Notes: a model not told the origin generated them from the letters alone. A stretch of 55,515 bases of DNA from Fibrobacterota bacterium (GCA_039798005.1 JBDKGV010000001.1:1-55515), one strand, 5' to 3'; counted from the stretch's first letter, positions 19,912-30,146 are shown. Translations and numbers: made by a program.

Positions 19912-20110
19912 CCCTACAGAGTACTGCCGATCGATCGTTCCCGGTGCCGGGCAGGAGTTGAAAGAATTGACCGCAAGTCAATTCCATGCCATGGGATCGG
20001 GGCGGCCCGCGCCGCCGCGCGGTCGGGCTGCCTGCCAAGCCTCCGCAGTCGGGCTCGACGCCCATCGAGACTGCGGGGTCTTGGGCACAGCCGGCATCCC
20101 TGCCGCAAAC

Positions 20111-20140
20111 GAAAAGACCATCCTTGCCGGATGGCCTTTG
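20111..20140 (-). terminator. Rho-independent terminator (minus strand) after the 20162..21055 gene
   Basis: The minus-strand RNA reads GGCCAUCC-ggcaa-GGAUGGUC followed by UUUUCG. The stem contains one G-U pair that only works on the minus strand. Confidence 0.6.
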
Positions 20141-20161
20141 TCGTGCGAAGCTATCCCGCCA

Positions 20162-21055
20162 TCAATGCCAAAAATCCCTCTGGACAGGTTGCGAACCTTG
20201 GATCGCACGCCCCGCCACGGTGCTCTTGAAATGGCTCGAAAGGAAACTCCAGAACCATTCCTTCTCCGGGCACTGCGAGAGGTTGGAAGGCCGGTAGTAG
20301 TCCACATAGGTTGGATGGGCAGGATTCGTGCTGGTGTAGCGCACATCGTTCCGGTTCAGCCGCGTCTTGGTCACCGTCTCCCCCTCTGCGGTGAAGGTGA
20401 CCGTGTTGGCATCGACCATCGCTGCCGTCACATTGTATTGCTTCGCGTCGTAATCGTTCCAATCCGCCACCTGAAGCATGGCCCAGTTGCCGTCCACGAC
20501 CCGCAATTCGATGGCGGTGGTGGTGAAGTGAATCTGGTTCCGCTTCCCTGCCGCGCGATTGGCGGCCGCATACTTGGCACCCTCGGCCCGTTTTCTGGCC
20601 AGCGTCGTGTCGCTTTCCGGGATGTTCAAGGGCTTGAGACTGTCACGGAAGGTGTAGTTCCAAGTGCCCAGGATCGAGCCTGCACTGCCCGAGACCCGTT
20701 CGTAGATCGCCCAACGCAAGGCCTTGCCGGAACTGCCGACCGAACTCGTGTCCCCTCCGACCAGCAGGAGGTTTCCGGACAGGGCATAGTGGACGGTATC
20801 GAGCTTGGCCTTGGACGTATCGAACAGGAACTCCGTGCTGGTTCCCATGTTGCTGCAATAGCCGCGAATTCGCTGCGGGTAGGAATTCACGATCTCGTTT
20901 CCACTCAGGCGCGCGATGGGAAGGGTCCAAGTGGAGTCCCAGGCCCCGTTGGCAACGCCTCCGTCCGAATCCGAGGTCGCGGATCCATCACCATCAAAAC
21001 AGGAGGACAGGGAGAGAAGTCCCACGCAAAGCGAGACGGCAAGAAGACGACGCAT
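20162..21055 (-). CDS. Hypothetical lipoprotein
   Basis: The internal start MRRLLAVSLCVGLLSLSSC has a lipobox. The longer listed ORF N-terminus is Arg-rich and implausible. Confidence 0.6.
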   Translation of the reverse strand: MRRLLAVSLCVGLLSLSSCFDGDGSATSDSDGGVANGAWDSTWTLPIARLSGNEIVNSYPQRIRGYCSNMGTSTEFLFDTSKAKLDTVHYALSGNLLLVGGDTSSVGSSGKALRWAIYERVSGSAGSILGTWNYTFRDSLKPLNIPESDTTLARKRAEGAKYAAANRAAGKRNQIHFTTTAIELRVVDGNWAMLQVADWNDYDAKQYNVTAAMVDANTVTFTAEGETVTKTRLNRNDVRYTSTNPAHPTYVDYYRPSNLSQCPEKEWFWSFLSSHFKSTVAGRAIQGSQPVQRDFWH

Positions 21056-21141
21056 GGTCAACGACTCCAGGAATTTGAAAGGAAGGGAATGGCTCCATTG
21101 GCCACAGCCCTTCCAATGTAGCACAAGAGTCCGAGAATCCT

Positions 21142-22977
21142 TCAAGGCACCATCACCCTCAGGATCTGACCTTGGCTGCGCCCGAGATGGAGTCCAGAGG
21201 CGACGCCACGCAAGTCGATCCGCCCTTCGCCGGAACGCACCAGACACCCTTTCAAGTCAAGCAGATCGACCCGCGCCCCGGAAGGATTGGACAGGGCGCC
21301 CGCGCGCAGCGTCAATGCCCCGACCGGGTCCCGTCGCGGAGCCACGCCGGTCACGGGATTCCCCTTGCCGGCAAGACGGATGGCCGTGATCGAAAGCTTG
21401 GGAAGGGATAGCGTCATCGCGTTTCCGGAGACGGCAACGGATCCCGGCTGCAAGGCGTTCTGCACATGCGAGACGAAGGTCTCCCCGGACAGGCCGGAAA
21501 GCTGCAGCGTCGCGGCCTCGCCCTGCGCGACAAATCCTGACAAATTCACCGTAGCAACCTGTGCGGCGGACGGATCGCGATTGACCAGGATCACCGTCAT
21601 CGAATCGCCGGCATCGCTGATGCTCGAGTAGGCGGATACCAAACTGTCCTGACTTGAAGCAGAGGACACGCGGGTGGTGCGGGCATTGCGGCTCCAGAGA
21701 TGGAGCACTTCCCACCAGCCGTCATACCACTCCCAAGCCGTCAGGATCTCAGCGCCATGATCGGCGAACGTACCGATCAGCGATGCGTAAAAGGCGTTGC
21801 GCACATTCACGTCACCTCCCGCCTTCATGGCTCCGAATTCGGTCAGGGCCACCGGGCGTTCGTCACCCAGATGCGTGACCATCCACTTCGCCACACGGCC
21901 GTAGAGGAAATTGGGCACGGCGGTTTTCCACTTGCCATCAATCATGTGGATGCCGTTGGAGCTGGGCCAAGCGTAGGTCGTGTCCCAGAACATCCGGTGC
22001 AACTGGAGCAGATTGGGAATGTCAGCGGTGGTCTCATACCCGGGATACAAGTGGACATCGAACACATCCAGGAGCTTCATCCCGGAGGCCTTTTCCTCCT
22101 GTCCAATGCGCTTGAGGAACATCTCCATGGGAGTGCGCTTGCTCGCGCCATCCTGGATCAGGATATTGTTCCAAGTCCACCACTGCCATTCGTTGGTCAG
22201 CACCGGCCCCACCAGCTTGATCGTTGGCGACTTGGCGCGGGCGGCCTTGGCCACGGCCAGGTACCTCTGGAAGTAGTCCTCGAACGGCATGGTGTCGGTC
22301 ACCACGTCGTCATGGGTGCCATTCCAGATGTCCGGTTCGTTGTCCATGCTCCAATACTGGAAACGCGAGGCATCCAGACCGGCCCCTCCCGTCCCGAACC
22401 AGCCGTCCAGGATTCCCACCGTCGAATCGGCCGGCCAGTCCATCAGGTACTTGGAAGGATCGCCGTTCGTCGTCGCCTTGTTGCCGCCTGCCGCGTTCAC
22501 CGTGCCACCCCCGACCAGATTCTGGTTCACGCCGCTCCACCAAGCCGATCCGTTGTAGGCGCCGTCCTTGAAATTGTTCGAGGTGTTGGCCGCGACCTTC
22601 CCCAGCAATTGGAAGGCGAAAAGTCCTTGGGTTCCCGGGAGTTCGCTCTGCAGGGTCTGGGCGGCATAGGTCCAGTTGTGGGCGTAGACGTTGTTGTACC
22701 AGTCGGGATGGCTCGTGAGCTTCTTGCGCCAATTGTACTTGGTCGCGTTGTTGCCACCGTTCTCGCGCAGCATCCGAAGGCCCGCCTCCCGGTAAAGGGC
22801 AAGCATGGAATCCGGCACCGGTTCGACCACCTTGTCGGACAGGCTGTTGTTGCGACCGTAGAGCCACGGCGAAATCGCCTTGCGCCCCGAATCCGCGTTC
22901 ACCGCGATGATCACCTCAGCCTCGGCCAGCACGGCTCCCACCAGCACCAAGGCAAGCATTCCCTTCACAATGTCCAT
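21142..22977 (-). CDS. Glycoside hydrolase, GH44-like (clan GH-A endoglucanase/xyloglucanase), with a T9SS-type C-terminal sorting domain
   Basis: Signal peptide MDIVKGMLALVLVGAVLAEA. Motifs GGNNATKYNW and WSMDNEPDIW (NEP acid/base type). C-terminal tail ...LHLGRSQGQILRVMVP. The family assignment is from memory of motifs only. Confidence 0.6.
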   Translation of the reverse strand: MDIVKGMLALVLVGAVLAEAEVIIAVNADSGRKAISPWLYGRNNSLSDKVVEPVPDSMLALYREAGLRMLRENGGNNATKYNWRKKLTSHPDWYNNVYAHNWTYAAQTLQSELPGTQGLFAFQLLGKVAANTSNNFKDGAYNGSAWWSGVNQNLVGGGTVNAAGGNKATTNGDPSKYLMDWPADSTVGILDGWFGTGGAGLDASRFQYWSMDNEPDIWNGTHDDVVTDTMPFEDYFQRYLAVAKAARAKSPTIKLVGPVLTNEWQWWTWNNILIQDGASKRTPMEMFLKRIGQEEKASGMKLLDVFDVHLYPGYETTADIPNLLQLHRMFWDTTYAWPSSNGIHMIDGKWKTAVPNFLYGRVAKWMVTHLGDERPVALTEFGAMKAGGDVNVRNAFYASLIGTFADHGAEILTAWEWYDGWWEVLHLWSRNARTTRVSSASSQDSLVSAYSSISDAGDSMTVILVNRDPSAAQVATVNLSGFVAQGEAATLQLSGLSGETFVSHVQNALQPGSVAVSGNAMTLSLPKLSITAIRLAGKGNPVTGVAPRRDPVGALTLRAGALSNPSGARVDLLDLKGCLVRSGEGRIDLRGVASGLHLGRSQGQILRVMVP

Positions 22978-23101
22978 GCCCAACTCCCCATCGACAAGGT
23001 TTCCTTCCTGCAACGATACCATGGGAACGCCCGCGCCCGCATCCGGTTTCCCTCATGCACTTGCACCCCAAGAGCCGATTTTCCATGTAGGTTGCTGGGC
23101 T

Positions 23102-23521
23102 ATGCAACATTGGCTCATGAAGTCCGAACCGGAAACCTATGCCTGGACCGATCTCTGTCGCGAAGGTGTCGGCACCTGGGACGGTGTCCGGAACTACCAA
23201 GCCCGCAACAACCTGCGTGCCATGAAGAAGGGTGACAGATGCCTCTTCTACCACAGCATCTCCGGCAAGGAGATCGTGGGCATCTGCCAAGTGGTCGAGG
23301 AGCACTTCCCTGACGAAACCGCAGAGGACGGCGATTGGTCCGCGGTCAAGGTGAGTCCGCTCGAAGTCTTCGAGACCCCGGTGACCTTGGCGCAGATCAA
23401 GGCCGACCCGGCGCTTTCCGAGATGGCCCTGGTCCGCCAAGGCCGCCTTTCGGTGTGCCCGGTGACCCCCAAGGAATTCACCCATCTGCGCAAGCTCGGC
23501 AAGTCCCGAGCCATCGGGTGA
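23102..23521 (+). CDS. EVE (PUA-like) domain protein
   Basis: MQHWLMKSEPETYAWTDL...WDGVRNYQARNNLRAMKKGDRCLFYHS is a typical EVE/Thy28-like N-terminus. Length is about 139 aa. Confidence 0.8.
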   Translation: MQHWLMKSEPETYAWTDLCREGVGTWDGVRNYQARNNLRAMKKGDRCLFYHSISGKEIVGICQVVEEHFPDETAEDGDWSAVKVSPLEVFETPVTLAQIKADPALSEMALVRQGRLSVCPVTPKEFTHLRKLGKSRAIG

Positions 23522-23529
23522 AGCGCCCC

Positions 23530-24660
23530 ATGCGGATCATCATGTCCCTCGCCCTGGTGCTTTGCGTCTTCACCGCCGTGCACATGTACATCGGTGCGCG
23601 TCTGGTCTCCCTCCAAGTCCTGCCCCGATCCGCCGCCTTCCCGATCCTTGCCGGCCTTGCCGTGGCGATGCTGGGCGCCCTGTTCCTTGCGCGCACCGGA
23701 AGCGGCGCCCTGCCCGTGCGCGCCGTGGTCTGGGTCGGTTACAGCTGGATGGGCATGGTCCTGCTTCTGCTCATCGCATGCCTTGCCGGCGACCTCATCT
23801 CCTTGACGTTTTGGGTTGGACAGAAATTGTCCTTCCCCATCCAGCCGAACACCTCGCTGCGGATCTCGCAATTCCTGCTCGGGGCCGGAGCCTTGGCGGG
23901 TGTATGGGCCATGGTCCAGGCCATGCGCTCCCCGGAAGTCCATGAGGTCGAGGTCCGCGTCCCGAACCTGCCCCGCAGCTTCGAAGGGTACCGTCTGGCT
24001 CACATCACCGACACCCACCTCTCCGTCCTGCTGCGTCGCGCCTGGAGCCTGAACCTGGTGGCCAGCGTCAATGCCGCCCATCCCGACCTCGTGGTGCACA
24101 CCGGGGACATCGCCGATGGCCCCGTGGCGGCGCTTGGCCCTTCGATCGAACCCTTTGCGCATCTGGAGGCCCCGCGCCTGTTCGTGACCGGCAACCACGA
24201 GGCCTACTCGGGACTTGGCGAATGGAGCATGGAAATGCAGCGGCTGGGATTCACCCTGCTGAACAATTCCCACACCGTGATCGAACGCGGCGGCGAGAAG
24301 CTGGTCATCGGAGGTATCCCCGACCACAACCAGGCCAACCACATCCCCACCGACCTCATCGATGCCCGCAAGACCTTCGCCGGTGCCCCCGAAGGCCCGC
24401 GCATCCTGCTTGCCCACCAGCCGCGCAGCGCCTTCCTCGTGCAAGGCCAAAGCATCTCGCTCCAGCTTTCCGGCCACACCCACGGCGGCCAGATCTGGCC
24501 GTTCCACTATCTGGTGCGCCTGCAACAACCCATGAACGCGGGCTTTGCCACGGTCGGCGACGTCCCCGTCTTCACCAGCCGCGGTGCCGGTTTCTGGGGT
24601 CCTCCGCTTCGCTTGTTCGCACGGTCCGAAGTGCCCATCCTGGTCCTGCGCAGAGGCTGA
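23530..24660 (+). CDS. Membrane-anchored metallophosphoesterase (YkuE/YaeI-like)
   Basis: Three to four N-terminal TM helices are followed by calcineurin-like motifs: HITDTH, GDIADG, GNHE and GHTHGGQ. Confidence 0.8.
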   Translation: MRIIMSLALVLCVFTAVHMYIGARLVSLQVLPRSAAFPILAGLAVAMLGALFLARTGSGALPVRAVVWVGYSWMGMVLLLLIACLAGDLISLTFWVGQKLSFPIQPNTSLRISQFLLGAGALAGVWAMVQAMRSPEVHEVEVRVPNLPRSFEGYRLAHITDTHLSVLLRRAWSLNLVASVNAAHPDLVVHTGDIADGPVAALGPSIEPFAHLEAPRLFVTGNHEAYSGLGEWSMEMQRLGFTLLNNSHTVIERGGEKLVIGGIPDHNQANHIPTDLIDARKTFAGAPEGPRILLAHQPRSAFLVQGQSISLQLSGHTHGGQIWPFHYLVRLQQPMNAGFATVGDVPVFTSRGAGFWGPPLRLFARSEVPILVLRRG

Positions 24661-24773
24661 TTTTGGGCGCCTTCGCCCTCCTGCAGGCTACCCTCCGGTC
24701 GGTGCGCCGCATCCTGTATCCTGATCGATGCCATTGCGGCGCACCCGCTGCGCGGCCTTCCGTCCGGCTGGCG
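24661..24773 (+). repeat. GC-rich intergenic repeat, family R2, copy c
   Basis: Shares ttttgggcgcc, gccctcct, a ggtgc...gcacc hairpin and tccgtccggctggcgc with the copies at 32239-32348 and 43040-43122. Confidence 0.6.
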
Positions 24774-24793
24774 CATCTTCGCGTGCCCCTGAG

Positions 24794-26173
24794 CTACCAA
24801 CTCCAATGCACACCCGCCCGTGCCTGGACCTTGTCGGGCAGATGCCCGACAAGCGATCCCGGCCGCGCCCAAGCCAGCGCGGTGATGGCGCTCTCCAAGG
24901 TCACACGACGCCCAAGTGACCGGTGGAGGTCGGCTTGCACAAGCACGCCTTCCGTCGGACCGATCCACAGGGTGTTGATGCCACCTCCCCAGTTCAAGGA
25001 TTCCACGCTCCCCCATCGCACCAGCAGGCGGTGAGCATAGCCATCGATCCACGGGGAAGTCCGGGCGAATTCACCAAGGATCTGTCGAGCCCTGCCACCA
25101 AGCCTGCTCGGCATCGGAATGGACGACAGATCATCGATCGCCTGCGCCATTTCGCGACTTTGGCGCACGGACATGCCGCCGCCTGACTCCACCCATTCCA
25201 AGGAAAGTCGCGTCAGCCCCAGGCCTGCAGTCGGGAGATCGCGCTGGATCTGCACCGCAAGCTCAGGACGAAAATCTCCATTAGGTGCGACAAGCTCCCA
25301 TTGCCCTGCCGGGTCGCGATCCAAGCGCGGGAACTCCCCGTCGTCACGCATCGCGACCTCGCTGGAAAGGAACCACCCGCTTCGGCTCCATTCCCAGCTC
25401 CCACCCAAGGACAGAAATTGTCCTGTTCCGGCTTCCAGACGCAGATCGTGTCCTCCCGGCAAATCAAACGTCTGCTCCAGACGCACGCATCGCCGCTGCT
25501 CCGAAAGGATCCCGTCCCATCCGGTGACCGGGGAGAGCGTCGGGAACACCTGCACCGCGGTCCGCACGCCCTCCGCCCAAGTTCCTTCCACCCCGATACC
25601 GGTCGGGTTGCGCTCCTGCGACTCGTCGGCGCCTTGCGATTGCCTTGCAACCAGAGGCGAGACCCGTGACGGATGCGCCGACAACCCTGCCCCCGGCTCG
25701 ATCCGCATCGATCCGCTCCAAAGCGCAATGCGCCGGTCACCCTCCCAGCCCATCCGCAGCCAACCTTCCCGCAGCACGAACAGGGACCGAGTCCTCTTCG
25801 ATGCGGAATCCACCCCTTCCCCACCCACTAGCGGGGCGGCATGCGCCTGCAGGACCCAACGTCCATTGTCACCCGCAAAGGCGCGGTTCCCGGAGATCCG
25901 CATTTCACTCCACGCTTGCAGTCGCGACGAGGTCGGATCGCTCCCCAACACCGCCCTGACGAAGGATGCGGAATTTCCCTTCAAGGCTCCGCCCCCCGCC
26001 CACAGGCTTCCCTGCGCCTCGAAGTTCCAGCGTGGCGCAATGGGCGCGTCTTCCACGATCGTGGTGGATGAATCGCTCCAATCGGATGAAATGACAGAAT
26101 CCGTCACATCCTCCAGTGACATGCCCATGCTTGCGACCAGAGCGAGATGAGCCGACAACGCGCAAGCAAGCAT
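24794..26173 (-). CDS. Predicted outer-membrane beta-barrel protein; last gene of the envelope operon
   Basis: Hydrophobic N-terminus. Alternating amphipathic strands are rich in G/W/R/S/E. The C-terminal residue is aromatic (…RAGVHWSW). It starts 3 nt after the upstream stop. The family was not recognised. Confidence 0.55.
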   Translation of the reverse strand: MLACALSAHLALVASMGMSLEDVTDSVISSDWSDSSTTIVEDAPIAPRWNFEAQGSLWAGGGALKGNSASFVRAVLGSDPTSSRLQAWSEMRISGNRAFAGDNGRWVLQAHAAPLVGGEGVDSASKRTRSLFVLREGWLRMGWEGDRRIALWSGSMRIEPGAGLSAHPSRVSPLVARQSQGADESQERNPTGIGVEGTWAEGVRTAVQVFPTLSPVTGWDGILSEQRRCVRLEQTFDLPGGHDLRLEAGTGQFLSLGGSWEWSRSGWFLSSEVAMRDDGEFPRLDRDPAGQWELVAPNGDFRPELAVQIQRDLPTAGLGLTRLSLEWVESGGGMSVRQSREMAQAIDDLSSIPMPSRLGGRARQILGEFARTSPWIDGYAHRLLVRWGSVESLNWGGGINTLWIGPTEGVLVQADLHRSLGRRVTLESAITALAWARPGSLVGHLPDKVQARAGVHWSW

Positions 26174-26176
26174 CCG

Positions 26177-26935
26177 TCAATCCCGGGTCTGGAGATCGCG
26201 GAGATTGTCCTTGTCGAAGGTCCCGACCGGAAATTTTCCGGGAACGAAATGCGAGAACCGCACGCGCGTCTGCCGCTTCACGTTCACCGCATCCAGGATC
26301 TCAAGTTCCGAGGCCAGCTCCTTCCCACCGGTGCGCACGAACCCCTTGTACCGCAGGCTCTTCAGCAACTTCCCCGAGCGCGTCAGAAAGCGGGCCTCCA
26401 CCGGCCTTGCCGACCCGGCGCGCACACGCAGCTGGATCCGCTCATGGAGGGCATCGGGACGGCTGGCTTCAAGGTCCAGTGACAAAAATTGTCCGACCTC
26501 CGTCACGTTCCCGCGATAGCGGCCGCGCAATTCCACATTGAGAACATCCCCGATCGAAGCGTCCCCAAGCAGGCGCTGCTGCACCGAGACCGGCACCGGC
26601 CGCGAGGTTCTTCGGGTCAGGATCCACATGTCCGGCCCACTGGAGAGGATCAGGTTCCCCTTCTCCACATCGGGCGAAAGAACACGCAAGAGCACCGCCC
26701 GCGCCGACGGGGACGGATGCACCTTCAACCGGTACTTGCTCGACTCGCCAGGCTTCCCGCCTTCCCACGTCTCGATCTCCAGGTCGCTCTGGTGGTCGCC
26801 TTCGAGGCCACGGAAGCGATCCACGCAGGAAAGCAGGCTGTCCAGCCGTTCCTGGGTCCATGCGACCTGCGCCGGTGCGGCGACGAAAAGGAGAAGGACG
26901 ACAGAAATTGTCAAACACATCCGGAACTCACCCAT
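26177..26935 (-). CDS. LolA-like outer-membrane lipoprotein-sorting-family protein (periplasmic)
   Basis: Signal peptide MGEFRMCLTISVVLLLFVAAPAQVAW. Size and pattern (…DHQSDLEIETWEGGK…YRLKVH…AVLLRVLSPDVEKGNLIL…MWILTRR…) resemble the LolA_like family found next to FtsX-type ABC permeases. The start overlaps the permease stop by 8 nt; an alternative ATG is at 26920. Confidence 0.6.
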   Translation of the reverse strand: MGEFRMCLTISVVLLLFVAAPAQVAWTQERLDSLLSCVDRFRGLEGDHQSDLEIETWEGGKPGESSKYRLKVHPSPSARAVLLRVLSPDVEKGNLILSSGPDMWILTRRTSRPVPVSVQQRLLGDASIGDVLNVELRGRYRGNVTEVGQFLSLDLEASRPDALHERIQLRVRAGSARPVEARFLTRSGKLLKSLRYKGFVRTGGKELASELEILDAVNVKRQTRVRFSHFVPGKFPVGTFDKDNLRDLQTRD

Positions 26936-28253
26936 TGCGCAGGCTTTCGATCAGGGTACGGCGGCATCCGCGCAGACAGGGAAGCAGCGAGGAGAGCACG
27001 ACGGCAGTCAGCACGAATTCACCGACCTGCAGGATCAGGAACGGCTCCTCGATCACCCGCAGGCGGATGACGTACCCTCGACTGGATCCGGGGGGAGGTG
27101 CCGCCTCCAGTCCGTGCAGATTGAAGAGACCGATCACGCCCAAGGCGACCACGGTGGCAAGCACGGTCCCGACGATTCCCAACAGGACGGATTCCGTCAT
27201 GAAGCGCTGCACCAAGGCCGCGGGCGGCGCACCGAAGGCCCGCAGCAGGCTGATTTCCTGACGCCGCTGCAGGATGGCGATCTCCAGGATGCTGGTGATG
27301 AACACGAACACGAAGCCCAGCAGGATGCCTGCGAAGAAGCGGAAGATGCCGGTGTACAGACTGCGCACCGATTGGTAGTACGTGGCCAGTTCCTCCCAAC
27401 GGCGAAACTCCAAGTCCAGTCCTTCCGATTTGGCCAAGCTGCGGGTGCGCGACAGGACCGTATCGAGGTCGTGGCTGTCGTGCAGGAGCACCAGCACCTT
27501 GTCGCACAGGGTGTCCCCGAGCATGTCCCACGCCGTGCCCAACGGGATCTTGAGGGCCACGTCGTCGTAGTCGCGACTGAAGGATTCCGTGATTCCTTTC
27601 ACCTCCAGATCGCTCGATGCCATGTTGCCGCGCGGTGTGGTGGTCAAAAGCGTCAAGCCCGATCGCGGCTTGGCGTCCATGGCCTGCGCCAAGCCAAGAC
27701 CCGTCAGAGCCGTCGCACCATCCCCGTCCCGGAAGCGTTCGCCTTGGGTGACCTGCTCGCCGAAGGCCGACAGCTTGCGATCGGCGACCGGATCGACCGC
27801 CCGCCCGAGGAAGGTCCGGCTGACATTTCCGTTGGACAGGATCCCCGTGAAGGAGAGCTCGGGAGCCACGACCTCAACCTTCGCATTCAGGAAGGAATCG
27901 GCTTGGAACAGATCACGGATCGCGTTCGGGTCGCGCAGCTTCCAGCCCCACGGATCCTTGCGGGCATGGGTTTCATACCCGTTCTTCATGATCTGGAAGT
28001 GGCCGGTCTGGCTGCGGATGGTGCTCTCGGAAAGTCCCCAGAAGCTGTGCTGGAAATACCCGCCCATGGCAAGCAGGGAAAGCACGCACACCTGGATGGT
28101 CAGGAACAGGATGGCCGTGAAGCCAAGACGCCTGACCAGCCCGATGGCCGCAAGACGGACCATGGCAGGGCGACGCCAGGCCATGCCCACCAGCCACAGG
28201 AGCGCAAGCGCCGAAAAAAGATGCAGGAACAACGAGATGCCGGAAGGAAGCAT
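26928..28253 (-). CDS. FtsX-family ABC transporter permease (MacB/LolC/LolE type)
   Basis: Length 441 aa. Topology is an N-terminal TM, a ~230-aa periplasmic domain, then three C-terminal TMs (…LLGFVFVFITSILEIAILQRRQEISLLRAFGAP…), as in type VII ABC permeases. Confidence 0.8.
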   Translation of the reverse strand: MLPSGISLFLHLFSALALLWLVGMAWRRPAMVRLAAIGLVRRLGFTAILFLTIQVCVLSLLAMGGYFQHSFWGLSESTIRSQTGHFQIMKNGYETHARKDPWGWKLRDPNAIRDLFQADSFLNAKVEVVAPELSFTGILSNGNVSRTFLGRAVDPVADRKLSAFGEQVTQGERFRDGDGATALTGLGLAQAMDAKPRSGLTLLTTTPRGNMASSDLEVKGITESFSRDYDDVALKIPLGTAWDMLGDTLCDKVLVLLHDSHDLDTVLSRTRSLAKSEGLDLEFRRWEELATYYQSVRSLYTGIFRFFAGILLGFVFVFITSILEIAILQRRQEISLLRAFGAPPAALVQRFMTESVLLGIVGTVLATVVALGVIGLFNLHGLEAAPPPGSSRGYVIRLRVIEEPFLILQVGEFVLTAVVLSSLLPCLRGCRRTLIESLRNG

Positions 28254-28255
28254 GG

Positions 28256-28804
28256 TCAGTCCTTCCCCGACGACAACCGGGACAAAGCCGAATCGACCAG
28301 AGTCCGTTCACGGGCCGAAAGGACGCCACTGGCAACCAAGACCGAAAGCGAATCGCGCGCCGCCGCGTCCTTCCGGAAGACCGGAGGCAGATGCGAAAGC
28401 GTGAGCGCGTGCGTCAGCCGCAACCAGGTACTGCCCGGATAGCTCAGATGCCCCGCCTCAAATTCCGCAAGCCCGGCATCCACGGACTCGACCGCCTTGA
28501 TCACATCGCCCGCCTTGGAGTATGCTCCCCCGGTGCGGGTGAGCCAACCGGCGTGGACCGCCAGGAACGCATCGGTGTTCCAACGCGCAAGGAATTTCTC
28601 GAGCCGCGCCTTTCGTTCAAGGGCCACGGGGAGGGTTGGTTCCTCTCCCGAAAGCCAGGCCTTGCCCACTTGCAGGCAGGCGCTGGAATCGCGTCCGTCG
28701 CCGCACGCCCGTTCCAGCTCCAGAAGCGGGTCCCCGCCCTTGGCACAGGCGCCAAGGACAAAAATTGTCAAAATCAACGGAATGATGAGGTGATGGGATC
28801 TCAT
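28256..28804 (-). CDS. Hypothetical helical lipoprotein, possible paralogue of 29477..30127
   Basis: MRSHHLIIPLILTIFVLGAC has a lipobox. There is an ATGA overlap with the ATPase stop. It shares GDVI..A...L..L.A and LR(L/I)....L..(L/V)P..F..D...RD..(S/F)L spacing with the neighbouring 216-aa protein. Confidence 0.6.
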   Translation of the reverse strand: MRSHHLIIPLILTIFVLGACAKGGDPLLELERACGDGRDSSACLQVGKAWLSGEEPTLPVALERKARLEKFLARWNTDAFLAVHAGWLTRTGGAYSKAGDVIKAVESVDAGLAEFEAGHLSYPGSTWLRLTHALTLSHLPPVFRKDAAARDSLSVLVASGVLSARERTLVDSALSRLSSGKD

Positions 28805-29484
28805 GAAATGATCCTTCCGTCGCGAAGGTGAATCAAGGCAGACCCCAGCGGTTCCATGAGCGCCGGGTCGTGGGTGGCGATCAGGATGCCGCAGCCTTCC
28901 CGTTCCCGGATGTCCAGGAACAGGTCGAGGATCTCCGCCGCCGTGTGACTGTCGAGGCTGGCCGATGGCTCGTCGGCGATGATCAGACGCGGCTTCTTGA
29001 GCAGGGCCCGCGCCATGCACACGCGCTGTCGCTGCCCTCCGGAAAGCTTGGTGACCCGCTTGTGCGCGTGATCGCCAAGCCCCAGCCGCTCCAACAATTC
29101 CATCGCCTGGAGACGATGGTCCGACGTGACCGGTCCGATGTGGACCTGCGGGGCCAGCACGTTCTCAAGGCTTGAGAGCCATGGGATCAGCCAGTTTTCC
29201 TGGAACATGAAGGAGATCCCTTGCGCCCGAAGCCGGGTCCGGTCGGACTCGCTCAAGGTGGCCGTATCGTGTCCCAGAAACCGGTACGTTCCGGAGGTCG
29301 GGGAATCGAGCAGCCCCAGGATCTGCAAGAGCGTGGTCTTGCCGCTCCCGGACGGCCCAACGACGCAGCGGATCTCCCCGCTGGCCATGGTCAGATCGAT
29401 GTCTTCAAGTGCTGCAAACATCGCACCGCCGGACTCGCCGTACCGGCGGGACACGGCTTTCAACTCCACCAGCGGCTCAGCCAC
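28801..29484 (-). CDS. ABC transporter ATP-binding protein (LolD/MacB-NBD type)
   Basis: Walker A GPSGSGKTT, signature [15 protein letters not shown] and Walker B LIIADEPSASLD. The GTG at 29484 (VAEPLVELKAV) overlaps the upstream gene by 8 nt. Confidence 0.9.
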   Translation of the reverse strand: MAEPLVELKAVSRRYGESGGAMFAALEDIDLTMASGEIRCVVGPSGSGKTTLLQILGLLDSPTSGTYRFLGHDTATLSESDRTRLRAQGISFMFQENWLIPWLSSLENVLAPQVHIGPVTSDHRLQAMELLERLGLGDHAHKRVTKLSGGQRQRVCMARALLKKPRLIIADEPSASLDSHTAAEILDLFLDIREREGCGILIATHDPALMEPLGSALIHLRDGRIIS

Positions 29485-30127
29485 GGATCGACTCCAGACG
29501 TCGGCGCGCCTGGGCGCGCTGCGTGACCGAAGCGATCTTGCGACCGGCCACCAGCTTCCAAAGCGCGGTGGCCTCACCCAGATTCCCGAAGCGGTAATTC
29601 AAGGCGGCCAAGGCAAGAAGCGTTCCTGCATCGGCTTGGGCGAGTTTCGGGAACCGGGCACGCAGGAAGGCTTCGTCCCGGCGCAATCGCTTGTCGACAT
29701 GGAAGATCTCCGGGACCTCCACCAGGCTGTTGATGCGGAAGATCCGCACGGCAAGGTCCATGGAATCCGCGGCCACGGCGGCATCGAGATGCTCGATGGC
29801 CTTGCCGACCCAGCGCGTGGCCACGATCACATCCCCCCGGGTCCGTCGCGCCTGCAAGGCATCCGCCGTCCCCAGGAGTGCCGCATGCAACGCGCTCGGC
29901 TTCGCACGCTGCAGGGAATCCAGCACCGTCCATGCACTATCCAAGGACGGACCTCCGGTGCTGTCCCCTGCCGCCAGGAACAGATGGATGATTCCCCGTT
30001 CCCCTTCGTTTGAACGCTTGAGCTGTCCTTCCAGTTCAGAGTGCGACAGGGAGCCGCAGCGTTCCACCACTTCCTTCGACGACGGGGCGGACTGCAGCAA
30101 CCCCAACAGCATGATCAAGTGAAGCAT
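29477..30127 (-). CDS. Hypothetical secreted helical protein
   Basis: Signal-like N-terminus MLHLIMLLGLLQSAPS. Composition is Ala/Leu/Arg-rich and helical. It sits between the POTRA outer-membrane protein gene and the ABC ATPase gene. Confidence 0.55.
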   Translation of the reverse strand: MLHLIMLLGLLQSAPSSKEVVERCGSLSHSELEGQLKRSNEGERGIIHLFLAAGDSTGGPSLDSAWTVLDSLQRAKPSALHAALLGTADALQARRTRGDVIVATRWVGKAIEHLDAAVAADSMDLAVRIFRINSLVEVPEIFHVDKRLRRDEAFLRARFPKLAQADAGTLLALAALNYRFGNLGEATALWKLVAGRKIASVTQRAQARRRLESIRG

Positions 30128-30146
30128 CAGTTCTCTCCTTGAGTGT

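Noticed and set aside
19965-19985. Inverted repeat gaattgac-cgca-agtcaattc upstream of the 17767..19911 gene, as a possible operator.
   Set aside because: It is a single copy and its arms differ from the recurrent motif. It is a plausible operator, but nothing beyond the symmetry itself supports it.
26227-26241. Perfect 7-1-7 palindrome ccggaaaTtttccgg inside the LolA-like gene.
   Set aside because: It occurs only once in the window and shows no relation to the recurrent GAC-N7-GTC motif. It cannot be distinguished from chance.
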